DNA of 64,000 nt from Alphaproteobacteria bacterium. Its GTDB lineage: Bacteria > Pseudomonadota > Alphaproteobacteria > SP197. The notes under the pieces are model-generated. The model did no database searches. It was not told the DNA's origin and saw only the letters and a list, made by a program, of their open reading frames with translations. The first letter of the stretch is position 1. The number at the start of each line of letters is the position of its first letter. Shown here one piece after another: positions 10,641 through 21,377 of the stretch. The stretch lies in assembly GCA_964291265.2 (NCBI GenBank), contig OZ219747.1, forward strand, positions 2,304,001-2,368,000, given 5' to 3'. The position numbers were made by a program, and so were the translations under genes.

Positions 10641-11134
10641 CCAGTGAACGTCCATGGGCATTGTAGGCATCTGCCGAGCGTTTCGCACGCGTCGATGCTC
10701 ATCCCGACGGGGAGTCACGAGGACCCGCGTTGTCGTCGGTTGGGTCATGCTCCCGGCGTGGCGACTGCGTTGATCGAGTCATGATCGGCGGGCCTCCCCA
10801 CCCCGCGACATGAAATGCGCGCCTGATGTGACCCCCGGGCGGGTGCGTGATCCGGCGTGTTGGTGCACGATGATGCGAGAAGGTGGGCGACGAGGGCGCT
10901 TGCATGGCGGCGCCATCGAGCCCGTTTCCGGACTGTGCCCGACCAGCGGTACCGCATCCCGCGATGTGCCCGGCCTCGTGGAGTGCTTGCCGGCCGGACA
11001 CCTCGCATGACAAGGCCGCAGGCGGCAGGCACAGTTCATGGCCCCTCCCGTCGCATGCTCCATGGCCTCGGCCATGGACGGCAGTGATCGGGTCCTTGTC
11101 GGCAGATGGTCAGAAGGCGCAGAACCGGCCGGAA

Positions 11135-12328
11135 TCAGCCGTCACTGCGTGAGCGAACGCTTGCGGACGCCGCGCTGCGCCGCCGGAACGCTGCATCAAG
11201 GTCGGCGACGAGGTCGTCGGCGTCCTCCAGGCCGGCGTGGATCCGCAGCAGCTGACCCTCCTCCTTCCAGGGAACGGCGGTGCGGAACGCCGAGGGATCG
11301 ACCGGGACCAGGAGGCTCTCATAACCGCCCCAGGACCACCCCATGCCAAAGAGTGTCAGGCCATTCACCATGGTGGTGAGGGCGTCGTGGCTGGTGGGCT
11401 TGATGAGAACGCCGAAGAGGCCGCTCGCTCCGCCAAAGTCACGTTGCCACAGCGCGTGACCGGGATGGCAGGTCAGGCCCGGGTGCAGCACGCGGATCAC
11501 GTCGTCGTGACGATCGAGCCAGCGCGCCAGGCGCAGACCGGTGTCGTGATGGCGCCGCAGCCTGACGGCCATGGTACGGATGCCGCGCTGAGCGAGGTAG
11601 GCGTCATCGGGACCGATGCAGTTGCCGAGGGCCAGGAAGGTGTTCCAGACGCGTTCGCACCAGGCGCCCCGGGCGGCGACGAGGCCGCACATGGCGTCGG
11701 AATGGCCGACGATGTACTTGGTGCCCGCCTGCACGACGATGTCCACGCCGAGTTCGAAGGGCTTGAGGAAATAGCCCCCCGACCAAGTGTTGTCGTTGAT
11801 GACCACCGCACCCCTGTCGTGGGCCACGCGGGCAATGGCCGGCAGGTCCTGGACCTCGAAGGTGAGTGACCCCGGACTTTCCGTGTAGATGGCCCTGGTG
11901 TTGGGACGCATCAGTTCCGCAATGTCCTCGACGGCCGCCGGATCGTAGAAACTCGTTTCGACTCCGAACGAACGCAGGATGCCGCAGGCGAAGTTCCGGG
12001 TGGGAAGATAGGCCGAATCGACGACGAGCAGGTGGTCTCCCGCCTCCAGGCAGGCCAGCAGGGCCGTCACGATCGCCGCCTTGCCGGAACCGGTGGCCAC
12101 CGCCATGTCGGCGCCCTCGAGAGCGGCGTAGGCGTCCTGGAGGGAATGGGTGGTCGGCGTGCCGTTGCGTCCGTAGACCACCTGGCGGGGATCCTTGCCG
12201 CGGGCCTGCTGCAGCGCTTCGAGGGTTTCGAAGAGAACGGTGGAGGCATGGTAGACCGGTGGATTGACGATGCCGAGATTGCCGTGCGGATCGCGCCCGG
12301 CGGTCACCACCCTGGTGTCGTCGTTCAT
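11135..12328 (-). CDS. metC: Cystathionine beta-lyase
   Basis: VNPPVYHASTVLF, YGRNGTPT, ESPGSLTFEVQD, AGTKYIVGHSD, GWSWGGYESL. Confidence 0.95.
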   Translation of the reverse strand: MNDDTRVVTAGRDPHGNLGIVNPPVYHASTVLFETLEALQQARGKDPRQVVYGRNGTPTTHSLQDAYAALEGADMAVATGSGKAAIVTALLACLEAGDHLLVVDSAYLPTRNFACGILRSFGVETSFYDPAAVEDIAELMRPNTRAIYTESPGSLTFEVQDLPAIARVAHDRGAVVINDNTWSGGYFLKPFELGVDIVVQAGTKYIVGHSDAMCGLVAARGAWCERVWNTFLALGNCIGPDDAYLAQRGIRTMAVRLRRHHDTGLRLARWLDRHDDVIRVLHPGLTCHPGHALWQRDFGGASGLFGVLIKPTSHDALTTMVNGLTLFGMGWSWGGYESLLVPVDPSAFRTAVPWKEEGQLLRIHAGLEDADDLVADLDAAFRRRSAASASVRSRSDG

Positions 12329-12918
12329 GGCGGATTCTCCTCGTCCGGTCCCGGCAGGTCGAAGAAGCCCTGGAACCGGCTGTCGGGAATGAGCCAGGCC
12401 TCCTCGCGCCGGACGACCCTGAACCCGGCCTTCTGGTACATGACCAGCGCCCGGGGATGGTCCCGCGCGTTGGTGTCCACCAGCGCCCGCCTGATGTTCG
12501 ATCGCCACATGGCATCGATGACGTGATCGAGGAAATGGCTGCCGTAGCCCTTTCCCTGGTACTCCGGCAGGATTCCGAAGAGCGCCAGTTCGCTCGTTCC
12601 GGGTCGGCGAAAGTCCACTTCCGCAAAGCCTGCCGGCACGCCACCCACCTGGAAGACGATGATCTCGACCGCCGGGTGATGGATGACCTCGATGAGCTGG
12701 TCCTGCGTCCACGCCAGGCGGTCGGTCCAGTTCCAGTCGCGTCCGACGCTGCGATAGAGCCACAGGTAGAAGGATCGCGGCGGACGTTCTGCCCGCAGCA
12801 TCGCCAGCTTCCCGGCCGGCGCCGGACGCCGTGGTCTCGTCGGTCTTGCCGTCATCTCGAGGTAGGTGATCGTCGTCGCGAGCGTGCGCAGCGCGTCCGC
12901 CTTGAACGCCCTGGTCAC
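12325..12918 (-). CDS. GNAT family N-acetyltransferase
   Basis: TYLEM, FGILPEYQGKGYG, DHPRALVMYQKAGF; GTG start overlaps the sseA stop. Confidence 0.88.
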   Translation of the reverse strand: MTRAFKADALRTLATTITYLEMTARPTRPRRPAPAGKLAMLRAERPPRSFYLWLYRSVGRDWNWTDRLAWTQDQLIEVIHHPAVEIIVFQVGGVPAGFAEVDFRRPGTSELALFGILPEYQGKGYGSHFLDHVIDAMWRSNIRRALVDTNARDHPRALVMYQKAGFRVVRREEAWLIPDSRFQGFFDLPGPDEENPP

Positions 12919-13763
12919 GGGGCCCCCGTCGCTACGGGAGTGTCGGCGGCACCGCCCCACTCGCTCCAGGAACCATCGTAGACCGCGGCATCCCGAAATC
13001 CGGCAAGATCAAGGGCGAGGGCGAGGAAACACGCGGAAATGCCCGAACCGCAGGTGGTGATCACGGGCCGCGCCGGGTCGACACCGGCATCCCGGAAGGC
13101 GGCGACTATGGCCGCGTTGTCGGCAATCGTGCCGTCCTCGCGGAGAAGCGAGGTGTAGGGAAGATTGCGGCTCCCCGGAATGTGTCCGTTCTTCAGCCCG
13201 GGACGAAACTCCGCTTCCTCGCCGGTGAAGCGGCCATGTCCCCGGGCGTCGACCACCTGGGCTCTGCGGCTTGCGAGGTTGGCCTTCATCTGGTCGATGT
13301 CGCGCACCAGAAACGAGTTGAGCCGTGGCGTGAAGTGGCGCTGGCGGGGCATCACCGGTTCGTCATCGACCGGTCGGCCTTCGGCCATCCACTTTGCAAG
13401 GCCACCGTCGAGTACCTGGATGTCATCGTGACCGAAGACCCGGAACATCCACCACACCCGGGCCGCCGCCATCATGTTGCCGCCATCGTAGACCACGATC
13501 CGCACTCCATCGCCGAGGCCCAGCGACCGCACGCGGCTGGAGAACTTCTCGGGCCGGGGCAGCATGTGGAGAAGGTCGGTCGACTCATCGCTGATGTCGT
13601 CGATGTCGAAGAACACGGCACCGGCGATATGCCTCTCCCGGTACTCTGACAAGGCATCACGATTCTCCGCGGGGAGATACCAGGAGGCGTCGACGGCACG
13701 CATGTCAGGCGCGTCCAGCAACGTCGAGAAGGTCTCGGTGTCAACCAGCCAGCGATCGCGCAT
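12915..13763 (-). CDS. sseA: 3-mercaptopyruvate sulfurtransferase
   Basis: Two rhodanese domains, CGSGISA active loop, YDGSWSEWG. Confidence 0.95.
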   Translation of the reverse strand: MRDRWLVDTETFSTLLDAPDMRAVDASWYLPAENRDALSEYRERHIAGAVFFDIDDISDESTDLLHMLPRPEKFSSRVRSLGLGDGVRIVVYDGGNMMAAARVWWMFRVFGHDDIQVLDGGLAKWMAEGRPVDDEPVMPRQRHFTPRLNSFLVRDIDQMKANLASRRAQVVDARGHGRFTGEEAEFRPGLKNGHIPGSRNLPYTSLLREDGTIADNAAIVAAFRDAGVDPARPVITTCGSGISACFLALALDLAGFRDAAVYDGSWSEWGGAADTPVATGAP

Positions 13764-13774
13764 TCCCTTTCCCT

Positions 13775-14482
13775 TCAGGAGTTGAAGACGACATTGATGC
13801 GGCGGTTGTGACGGCCCTTGTTCTCGATCTTCGAGACGGCCATGCCGACAAGTTCACCGGTCCGTGTGACATGGGTACCACCACAGGGTTGAAGATCGAC
13901 GCCCTCGATCTCCAGCAGCCTGATCATGCCGGCACCACGCGGTGGCCTGATGGACATGGTGCGGATGAGTTCGGGCCTGCGGTCGAGCTCTTCCTCGCTG
14001 ATCCAGCGCGGTGTGATCGGCAGGTCCGCGGCGGCCAGCTCCGCCAGACGGGCCGTGATCTGCTCCTTCGTCATGGATGGCTGCGGCCAGTTGAGATCGA
14101 TGCGGCTCTTCGCGGCGCCGACGGAGGCGCCGGTGATGTCGGCATCGACGATGGCGCACAGGAGGTGGAGCGTGGTGTGCATGCGCATGTGGCGGTAGCG
14201 CCTGTCCCAATCGATGTGCGCGGTCACCGGCGTGCCGGGCGCCGGAAGCGGGTGACCGGATTCGGTGATGTGGACGACATCGTCCATCGCCTGGCCCTTC
14301 ACCGTGTCGACGATGGGGACCATGGAGCCATCGTCGAGTTCAAGGTGGCCGGTGTCTCCGGGCTGTCCGCCGCCGTTGGGATAGAAGACCGTCCTGTCGA
14401 GGCGAAGACGGCCGCCTTCGACCGACGTCAGCGTTGCCGGGCAGGAGGCGCGATAGGCATCGTCGAGAAACAGGCGCTCCAT
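13775..14482 (-). CDS. alaX: Free-standing alanyl-tRNA editing protein AlaX
   Basis: TVFYPNGGGQPGD, MRMHTTLHLL, PCGGTHV. Confidence 0.93.
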   Translation of the reverse strand: MERLFLDDAYRASCPATLTSVEGGRLRLDRTVFYPNGGGQPGDTGHLELDDGSMVPIVDTVKGQAMDDVVHITESGHPLPAPGTPVTAHIDWDRRYRHMRMHTTLHLLCAIVDADITGASVGAAKSRIDLNWPQPSMTKEQITARLAELAAADLPITPRWISEEELDRRPELIRTMSIRPPRGAGMIRLLEIEGVDLQPCGGTHVTRTGELVGMAVSKIENKGRHNRRINVVFNS

Positions 14483-14483
14483 G

Positions 14484-15485
14484 TCATGTCATCCAGGGTG
14501 GGGGAGGCAGGTTGCGCTCCTGCAGGAACTCGGGATTGAAGATCTTGCTCTGGTAGCGGGCTCCGTAGTCGCAGAGGAGGGTGACGACGGTGTGGCCGGG
14601 ACCGAGTTCCCGGGCGATCTTCATGGCGCCGGCAACGTTGATACCCGTGGAGCCGCCCAGGTACAGGCCCTCATTGATCAACAGGTCGTAGATGATTTCG
14701 AGCATCTCGACATCGCTCACCTGGACGGACATGTCGATCGGCGCACCCTCGAGGTTCCGTGTCACCCGGCCCTGTCCGATGCCTTCCGAGATCGAACTTC
14801 CCTCGGACGTGAGTTCACCCTTCGTGACCCAGTTGTGCATGCATGAGCCAAAGGGATCGGCGAGGCCGATGACGATGTCGGGGTTGCGTTCCTTGAGGAA
14901 CATGCCGACTCCGGCGAGGGTGCCTCCCGTGCCGATGGCCGACACGAAGGCGTCCACCTCGCCCGCGGTCTGCTCCCATATCTCGGGTCCGGTGCCCTCG
15001 ATGTGGGCCTGCCGGTTGGCGACATTGTCGAACTGGTTGGCCCACACGGCGCCGCGGGGTTCGCTGGCCGCCTTCTCGCGGGCGATTCTCTCCGACGTGC
15101 GGATGTAGTTGGCGGGGTCGCGATAGGGTCTGGCCGGTGTCAGGTGAAGGTCGGCGCCCAGTGATCGGAGAGCGTCCTTCTTTTCCTTGCTCTGGGTCTC
15201 CGGCATGACGATGACAGAGCGGTAACCCAGGGCGTTGCCGACAGTACACAGGCCAATGCCCGTGTTGCCGGCGGTGCCTTCGACGATGGTGCCCCCTGGT
15301 TCCAGTTCGCCCCGTCTTTCCGCGTCCCTGATGATCCACAGTGCCGCCCGGTCCTTGACCGACTGCCCGGGATTGAGGAACTCGCACTTGGCGAGAATCT
15401 CGCAGCCAGTCCTGGCCGAGGGACCCTCGAGGCGCAGCAGGGGCGTGTCGCCGACCAGGGAAACAAGGCTCGTGTGGGTTGTCAT
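14484..15485 (-). CDS. cysK: Cysteine synthase family PLP enzyme
   Basis: KCEFLNPGQSVKDRAA, EGTAGNTG, GTGGTLAG, EGIGQGR. Confidence 0.88.
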   Translation of the reverse strand: MTTHTSLVSLVGDTPLLRLEGPSARTGCEILAKCEFLNPGQSVKDRAALWIIRDAERRGELEPGGTIVEGTAGNTGIGLCTVGNALGYRSVIVMPETQSKEKKDALRSLGADLHLTPARPYRDPANYIRTSERIAREKAASEPRGAVWANQFDNVANRQAHIEGTGPEIWEQTAGEVDAFVSAIGTGGTLAGVGMFLKERNPDIVIGLADPFGSCMHNWVTKGELTSEGSSISEGIGQGRVTRNLEGAPIDMSVQVSDVEMLEIIYDLLINEGLYLGGSTGINVAGAMKIARELGPGHTVVTLLCDYGARYQSKIFNPEFLQERNLPPPPWMT

Positions 15486-15737
15486 GTGGCAATCCGTGAC
15501 ATGGCAGGCAGGCTCCCGGACCCTCCGGCCCCTGGAACCGCCGCACTCTAGGAAAGCAGGGTGAGGCGATCAAGAACAGCGGGCTCCGTACCACTCCGGT
15601 TCACGAAGTCCCGGGTCGTCTGCGGCCACGCGCGTTGTCACGCCGTCCAGGACTTCACCACGGAAAACCCCCGGTGTTGCGATCGAGTGCTGTTCACGAC
15701 CGGTCAGGAGTTGAACCGCAGAAGCGTCGAGGATCGG

Positions 15738-15897
15738 ATGTTCGAGCATGATCCCTTCAATGACGATGCCGATCGCGAAGGGCACGGCATTGACCTCAGA
15801 TGGCGTTCAGGCTGCGGTCGGTTGCCTGTACATACCGGACGAGCGGGTGCGCATCATCTCCGTGCATCGCGCCCGCAGGCAGGAGACCGACCTGGAC
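15738..15897 (+). pseudogene. BrnT-type toxin remnant
   Basis: N-terminus MFEHDPFNDDADREGHGIDL and, across frameshifts, VACTYR / DERVRIISVHRARRQETDL resemble the two ends of BrnT; the middle is missing. Confidence 0.55.
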
Positions 15898-16210
15898 CTA
15901 CCCGTCTCGTTTGCGGCCGTGTGACGGGACCCATCGTCGAACATGCCGCCGTGCGGGTGCTGCACGGGTCTCTCAAGTGAGCGTTTCATGTCGTTGCGCG
16001 GCGTCCGGCTGCCATGTGCTGGAAAGTCAACTGCCTGACGGTCGTCCCGGGGAGTTGGCGCGGAAGTCCGGTGCAGGGGCGAGCGATCCTGCGGCGTGAG
16101 GGTGCCTCCTTGCCCGATGCGGCCGGGAATGTATAGTCTGCGGCTCCACGCTGCGGCTCGATCGGACGATGCCCGCGGCAGGCAGTCAGACGCGGGAGCG
16201 CCGAAAGACG

Positions 16211-17605
16211 ATGAGACGCAATTTCCAGTACGATGTCGAAGGCCTGATGGCCAAGGACAAGGCCCACGCCATGCACCCCTGGCACGAGTTCGGCCGCGAG
16301 GAACACATGATCCTGGCGGACTCGGAGGGGATCTACGTCTATGACGGCGAGGGCAACCGCTACATCGACGGCATCGGCGGCATGTGGGCGGTGCAGCTCG
16401 GTTACGGCAACGAGGAGATGGCAACGGCCATCTCGGACCAGGTGCGCAGCATGGTCTACTATTCGCCCTGGTCGATGGCGACTCCGCCCCACGCGGAACT
16501 TTCCGCCAAGCTGGCAACGCTGACGCCGGGAGACCTCAACCGATTCTTCTATTCGACCGGCGGCTCGACGGCCAATGACGCTGCGGTCCGTTTCGTCCAC
16601 TACTACTGGAATGTCGTCGGCGAGCCGTCCCGCAAGACCATTCTCACGCGCGACGATGCCTATCACGGCAGCACCTACCTTGCCGACTCCTTGTGCGGCA
16701 AGCCCGGCAACGACACGCGCATGGAACGGGTGACGGAGTGGATCGAGCATCTCTCGTCCCCCAATCCCTACCGCAAGCCGGACGGCATGGACGACGCTGC
16801 GTTCCTCGATCACCTGATCACCGAGATGGACGACCGGATCAAGGCCATCGGGCCGGAGAACGTGGCGGCCTTCATCGCCGAGCCGGTGCTGGCGTCCGGT
16901 GGCGTCATCGTGCCGCCGAAGGGCTACCAGAAGGCATGCCTCGAGACCTGCCGCAAGTACGGCATCCTCTATATCTCCGACGAAGTGGTCACGGGTTTCG
17001 GGCGCATGGGGCACTTCTTCTCCTCGGAGCCCGTCTTCGACATCGTGCCGGACATCATCACCGCGGCGAAGGGATTCACCTCCGGGTACATTCCCGCCGG
17101 TCTCACCGCCATTTCCGAGAGAATGCACCAGGACATCATCGACAAGGGCGGCAGTTCTCCGACGTTTTCCATGGGCTTCACCTATTCGGGACACCCGGTC
17201 GCCATGGCCGCGGCGCTCAAGAACATCGAGATCATGGAGCGCGACGACATCATGGGTCACGCCCGCAGCACCGGCGACTACTTCCAGGAACGGCTGCGTT
17301 CCCTGGCAGACCTTCCCATGGTGGGGGATGTCCGGGGTGTCGGACTCATGGGATGCATCGAGTGTGTCGAGAGCAAGGGTTCCAGGAAAGCCTTCGACGA
17401 GAGCCTGAATGTCGGCAAGAAGATCGATGAGAAATGCCAGCAGTACGGGCTGATCCTGCGTCCCATGTGGCACCTGTGCGTCTTCTCGCCGCCCATCATC
17501 ATCACGCGCTCCCAGGTCGACGACATGGTCGCGATCATGGAGCGGGCCATCAGGGAGGTCGCGGACGATCTGGTGCGCGACGGTTCCTGGTCGGGCCGCG
17601 ACTGA
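16211..17605 (+). CDS. Class III PLP aminotransferase (omega-amino acid/polyamine type)
   Basis: YIDGIGGMW, AYHGST, FIAEPV, DEVVTGFGRMG, PDIITAAKG, GFTYSGHP. Confidence 0.93.
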   Translation: MRRNFQYDVEGLMAKDKAHAMHPWHEFGREEHMILADSEGIYVYDGEGNRYIDGIGGMWAVQLGYGNEEMATAISDQVRSMVYYSPWSMATPPHAELSAKLATLTPGDLNRFFYSTGGSTANDAAVRFVHYYWNVVGEPSRKTILTRDDAYHGSTYLADSLCGKPGNDTRMERVTEWIEHLSSPNPYRKPDGMDDAAFLDHLITEMDDRIKAIGPENVAAFIAEPVLASGGVIVPPKGYQKACLETCRKYGILYISDEVVTGFGRMGHFFSSEPVFDIVPDIITAAKGFTSGYIPAGLTAISERMHQDIIDKGGSSPTFSMGFTYSGHPVAMAAALKNIEIMERDDIMGHARSTGDYFQERLRSLADLPMVGDVRGVGLMGCIECVESKGSRKAFDESLNVGKKIDEKCQQYGLILRPMWHLCVFSPPIIITRSQVDDMVAIMERAIREVADDLVRDGSWSGRD

Positions 17606-17618
17606 CGTCGAGACCTCG

Positions 17619-19148
17619 TCAGCGGGCCGCCGTGGCCGCCGCCGGGCTGCGGTCCGGAACCTGACGGGAGACGGTGAAGGACACATCGAGCGCCTGACCA
17701 ATGGCTGCGGCCAGGCGCTCGATGCGTTCAGGCGAGGCGACGGCGGCATCCCGCGTGATGACCAAGGTGAACCCGTCAGCCGTGGTGACAAGGGGGGAGG
17801 AATCGAGGATGGGTCCGCGTCCGGCACTCAGGACGAGGGCGAGACGCAGCAGCCTGCCGAGCAGCACCGCCCCCTCGATCGTGTCCGGCTTCAGCAGGCG
17901 GCGGCAGGGTGTTGCCTCCTCGGCCGTTTCAGGGCCGCCGTAGCGCACGAAGAGGGCGAGGGCGAGCCAGGCCCTTTCCCGGTGATCGAGCACCGACCAG
18001 GGCATGTGGAGAATCCTGGAGAGGGAATACCGGGCACGGTACTCGGGATGTTCCCTCCAGCCGGTGTCGGCGATGATGCAGGCGGCGCGCACAAGGCGGG
18101 TGTCGAATTGCTTGCGGAGGCGAATCACCGGACCGATCCAGCGCCCGAGAGCCTCGGAGCAATCGGCGAACCGGCGGTGCCGGAAAGCGATCTGATGGCA
18201 CGCGGCAAGCAGGGGATCCTCCTTGCGGGTGGTGGGATCGAGCATCCGGAAGTGATGCCCTTCTCTCAGACCCTGGGCCGAGAACACGACGTCTCGAGGT
18301 TCAAGGGCATCCATCAGGTGGTCGAGCACCATGGCGCCCCAGGGCAGGATGGCGGCACGCCGCCCGGAGATGCCGCGGATGCGCGATGTCGTCTGGTTGC
18401 TCAGTTTCGCCAGCATGCGGGTGAAGGTCCGGGCCTCTGACGGCGCCATGGCGTAGCCGTGGACGATGGTCAGCGGATGACGATTCTGCGCCATGTGGAG
18501 GCGGGCGATGGCCCGCCATGAACCACCCACCGCGTGAAAGCTCAAGTGTTTCCAGGCGTGAAGCCAGGTCACGCTGCACACGGCCTCGCGAATCGCTGCC
18601 GAGGCGGTTGCCGGATCCCCTCCCCAGTGTTCCTTCAGGCGCAAGGGGCCGATGTCGCGCGTCGCCTCTTCCCTGATGATGCCGTCTTCGACGGCGACAA
18701 GCTCCAGACTGCCGCCGCCGAGGTCGCCGATGACGCCGGACAGTCCGGGAAGCGCCGAGATGACGCCGGCCGCCGACAGCCGCGCCTCTCCGGCGCCGGT
18801 GAGCACCGTCACGGCACGCCCCGTGCAGGCCTCGACGGACCGGCAGAAGTCGCTGCCATTGGCGGCGTGGCGCACGGCGGCCGTGGCATAGAGGGCGAGG
18901 TCCGCGCAGGGAACGCTGTCGGCAAGGCGCACCAGGACATCGACAGCCTCGATGCCTCCCCGGAAGGCTTCCTGGCCGAACCGGCCGTGTCGTTCGACGT
19001 CGACCCCCAGTCCGATGACGATCTTGTGGTTGATGATCGGCAGGGGCGTTCGGCAGAGACTGTCGAAGATGACGAGGCGAATCGAATTCGAGCCGATATC
19101 GATCACCCCCACCCGGGCGGCAGGGGCCGCCTCAACGGCTGCGTTCAT
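17619..19148 (-). CDS. ppx: Ppx/GppA exopolyphosphatase
   Basis: IDIGSNSIRLV, ATAAVR, DLGGGSLE, GLREG. Confidence 0.94.
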   Translation of the reverse strand: MNAAVEAAPAARVGVIDIGSNSIRLVIFDSLCRTPLPIINHKIVIGLGVDVERHGRFGQEAFRGGIEAVDVLVRLADSVPCADLALYATAAVRHAANGSDFCRSVEACTGRAVTVLTGAGEARLSAAGVISALPGLSGVIGDLGGGSLELVAVEDGIIREEATRDIGPLRLKEHWGGDPATASAAIREAVCSVTWLHAWKHLSFHAVGGSWRAIARLHMAQNRHPLTIVHGYAMAPSEARTFTRMLAKLSNQTTSRIRGISGRRAAILPWGAMVLDHLMDALEPRDVVFSAQGLREGHHFRMLDPTTRKEDPLLAACHQIAFRHRRFADCSEALGRWIGPVIRLRKQFDTRLVRAACIIADTGWREHPEYRARYSLSRILHMPWSVLDHRERAWLALALFVRYGGPETAEEATPCRRLLKPDTIEGAVLLGRLLRLALVLSAGRGPILDSSPLVTTADGFTLVITRDAAVASPERIERLAAAIGQALDVSFTVSRQVPDRSPAAATAAR

Positions 19149-21307
19149 CCCACCGGCGTCGGTGTCCCATTGCCCCGCTGGATCTGCCGTTGCAGTGCAC
19201 TGCCCCGGCCCGAGAGGCTGGGATTGGTCATGAAGAAGCGGTGGGCCGAAAAGGCCTTGTCCGTGTCGGCGAACCTCGTGTAGGCGCCATCGCTGGTCAG
19301 GATCCAGGACTGTTCCGTGTCCCGCAGGTTGGCCACCATGATCCGGTCGAGAATCTGCCGATGGACCGTTGGATTGAGGATCGGGACCATCGTCTCCACC
19401 CGGTAGTCGAAGTTGCGGGTCATCCAGTCCGCAGATGACACGAAGACCAGGGTGTCGGACGATGGTATCTCGCCGCCGTTGGCGAAGCAGAAGATGCGGC
19501 TGTGTTCGAGAAAGCGGCCAACGAGACTCTTGACCCGGATCCTCTCCGACAGGCCCTCCACACCGGGGCGCAGGCAGCAGATGCCGCGCACCACGAGATC
19601 GATCTCCACACCATGGCCTGACGCCTGGTAGAGCAGGTCGATGATCTTCGAATCGACGAGGGAGTTCATCTTGGCCCAGATGGCGGCGGGCTTGCCGGCC
19701 CGGGCATTGTCGATTTCACGGCCGATCAGATCATGAAGGCGCTGGCGCAGGGTGTCAGGCGACATGGCGACCGCCTCGAGGGTGTGAGGCCTGATGTACC
19801 CGGTCAGGAAGTTGAAGATCCGGTTGGCGTCCCGGGTGAGCGCCGGCGCGGCGGTGAAGAGAGAAAGATCGGTGTAGATCTTCGCGTTGACGGGGTGATA
19901 GTTGCCGGTTCCGAAGTGAACGTAGGTCACCAGGGCGCCGTGTTCGCGGCGCACGATGAGCGAGATCTTCGTGTGGGTCTTGAAGTCCGGTATGCCGTAG
20001 ACGATCTGGGCGCCGGCATGTTCGAGACCGCGAGCCCAGCGGATGTTCGCCTCTTCGTCGAATCGCGCCTTGAGTTCGACGACCGCCGTCACCGACTTGC
20101 CAGCCTCCGCCGCCTCGATGAGAGCCTTGACGATCGGCGAACCCTCGCTCGTCCGGTAGAGTGTCTGCTTGATCGCCACCACCGCGGGGTCGCGTGCCGC
20201 CTGCTGCAGGAACTGGACCACGACATCGAAGCTCTCGTAGGGATGATGGACGATGATGTCCTTGGCGCGAATGGCATCGAAGCAATTGCCGCCGAAGTCG
20301 CGTATGCGTTCGGGAAAACGTGCCGAATAGGGATCGAACAGCAGGTCGGGGCGGTGGTCGACGATCAGCCGGGAAAGATCGCTCAGTCCGATTTCACCCT
20401 CGACCACGGTGACATCGCCGGGTATGACATCGAGGCGGTCGGTGAGAAGATTGAGAAGTTCGCCAGGCATGGCGGCATCGACCACGAGATCGATCACGCT
20501 GCCGCGTTGCCGCCGCTTGAGAGCACTCTCGAAGTGGCGCACCAGGTCCTGTGACTCCTCGTCGACCTCGATTTCACTGTCGCGCACGACGCGGAAGAAT
20601 CCGGTTTCGAGCAACCCGAACCCCGGAAACAGGTCCTTGAGATGCATGCGCACGGCCTGCTCGAGGGGCAGGAAGCGCGATCCCTCGTCACCGGGCAGGC
20701 GAATGAAGCGATCGGTCTGCTGCGGCAGCCTGATGATGGCATGGACCGGCTCGTCCCCGCCCTCGCCGATGAGCTTGAGGGCGATGCCGAACCCGAAGTT
20801 GGGGATGAAGGGGAAGGGATGGGCAGGGTCGATCGCCATCGGCGTCAGCAGGGGCAGGATCTCGCGTTCGAAGTGACCGGCGAGCCATGCGCGTTCGTCG
20901 CCGTCGAGCTGACCCTCGCCGACCACCGAAATCCCCTCCCGTGACAGCAGTCCCCGCAGGGTTCGCCAGACCACATACTGGCCGTCGATCAGAGTCTTCG
21001 AACGATCCTTGATGGCTTTCAGCTGACGCGCCGGAGACAGGCCATCGATGCCCGGCGTGGTGACACCGGCATCGACCTGAGCCTTGAGGCCGGCCACCCT
21101 CACCATCTGGAATTCGTCGAGGTTGCTCGCCGAGATCGACAGGAACCGCAACCTCTCGAGGAGCGGATGGCGGTTGTTGCGCGCCTCTTCGAGCACACGT
21201 TCGTTGAACGCCAGCCAACTCAGTTCGCGGTTGATGTACCGCTCGGCCGGCGCCTCGAGGGGAGCGGGCCCGAGGGGTGTGACCGTATCGAGTGCCTGAC
21301 TGACCAT
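19145..21307 (-). CDS. ppk1: Polyphosphate kinase 1
   Basis: NRELSWLAFNERVL, HHPYESF, IKQTLYR, ELKARFDEEANI, GRFLEHSR. Confidence 0.97.
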   Translation of the reverse strand: MVSQALDTVTPLGPAPLEAPAERYINRELSWLAFNERVLEEARNNRHPLLERLRFLSISASNLDEFQMVRVAGLKAQVDAGVTTPGIDGLSPARQLKAIKDRSKTLIDGQYVVWRTLRGLLSREGISVVGEGQLDGDERAWLAGHFEREILPLLTPMAIDPAHPFPFIPNFGFGIALKLIGEGGDEPVHAIIRLPQQTDRFIRLPGDEGSRFLPLEQAVRMHLKDLFPGFGLLETGFFRVVRDSEIEVDEESQDLVRHFESALKRRQRGSVIDLVVDAAMPGELLNLLTDRLDVIPGDVTVVEGEIGLSDLSRLIVDHRPDLLFDPYSARFPERIRDFGGNCFDAIRAKDIIVHHPYESFDVVVQFLQQAARDPAVVAIKQTLYRTSEGSPIVKALIEAAEAGKSVTAVVELKARFDEEANIRWARGLEHAGAQIVYGIPDFKTHTKISLIVRREHGALVTYVHFGTGNYHPVNAKIYTDLSLFTAAPALTRDANRIFNFLTGYIRPHTLEAVAMSPDTLRQRLHDLIGREIDNARAGKPAAIWAKMNSLVDSKIIDLLYQASGHGVEIDLVVRGICCLRPGVEGLSERIRVKSLVGRFLEHSRIFCFANGGEIPSSDTLVFVSSADWMTRNFDYRVETMVPILNPTVHRQILDRIMVANLRDTEQSWILTSDGAYTRFADTDKAFSAHRFFMTNPSLSGRGSALQRQIQRGNGTPTPVG

Positions 21308-21377
21308 TCTGTGCTAGCCTCGGATCGGGAAACGGTTGGGGCGAGACACCCTCGACCGTCGCAGGAGACGATGCGTG

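Noticed and set aside
11059-11078. Near-perfect palindrome TCCATGGCC-TC-GGCCATGGA as a terminator or operator
   Set aside because: No U-tract and no second copy; it could be chance in GC-rich DNA.
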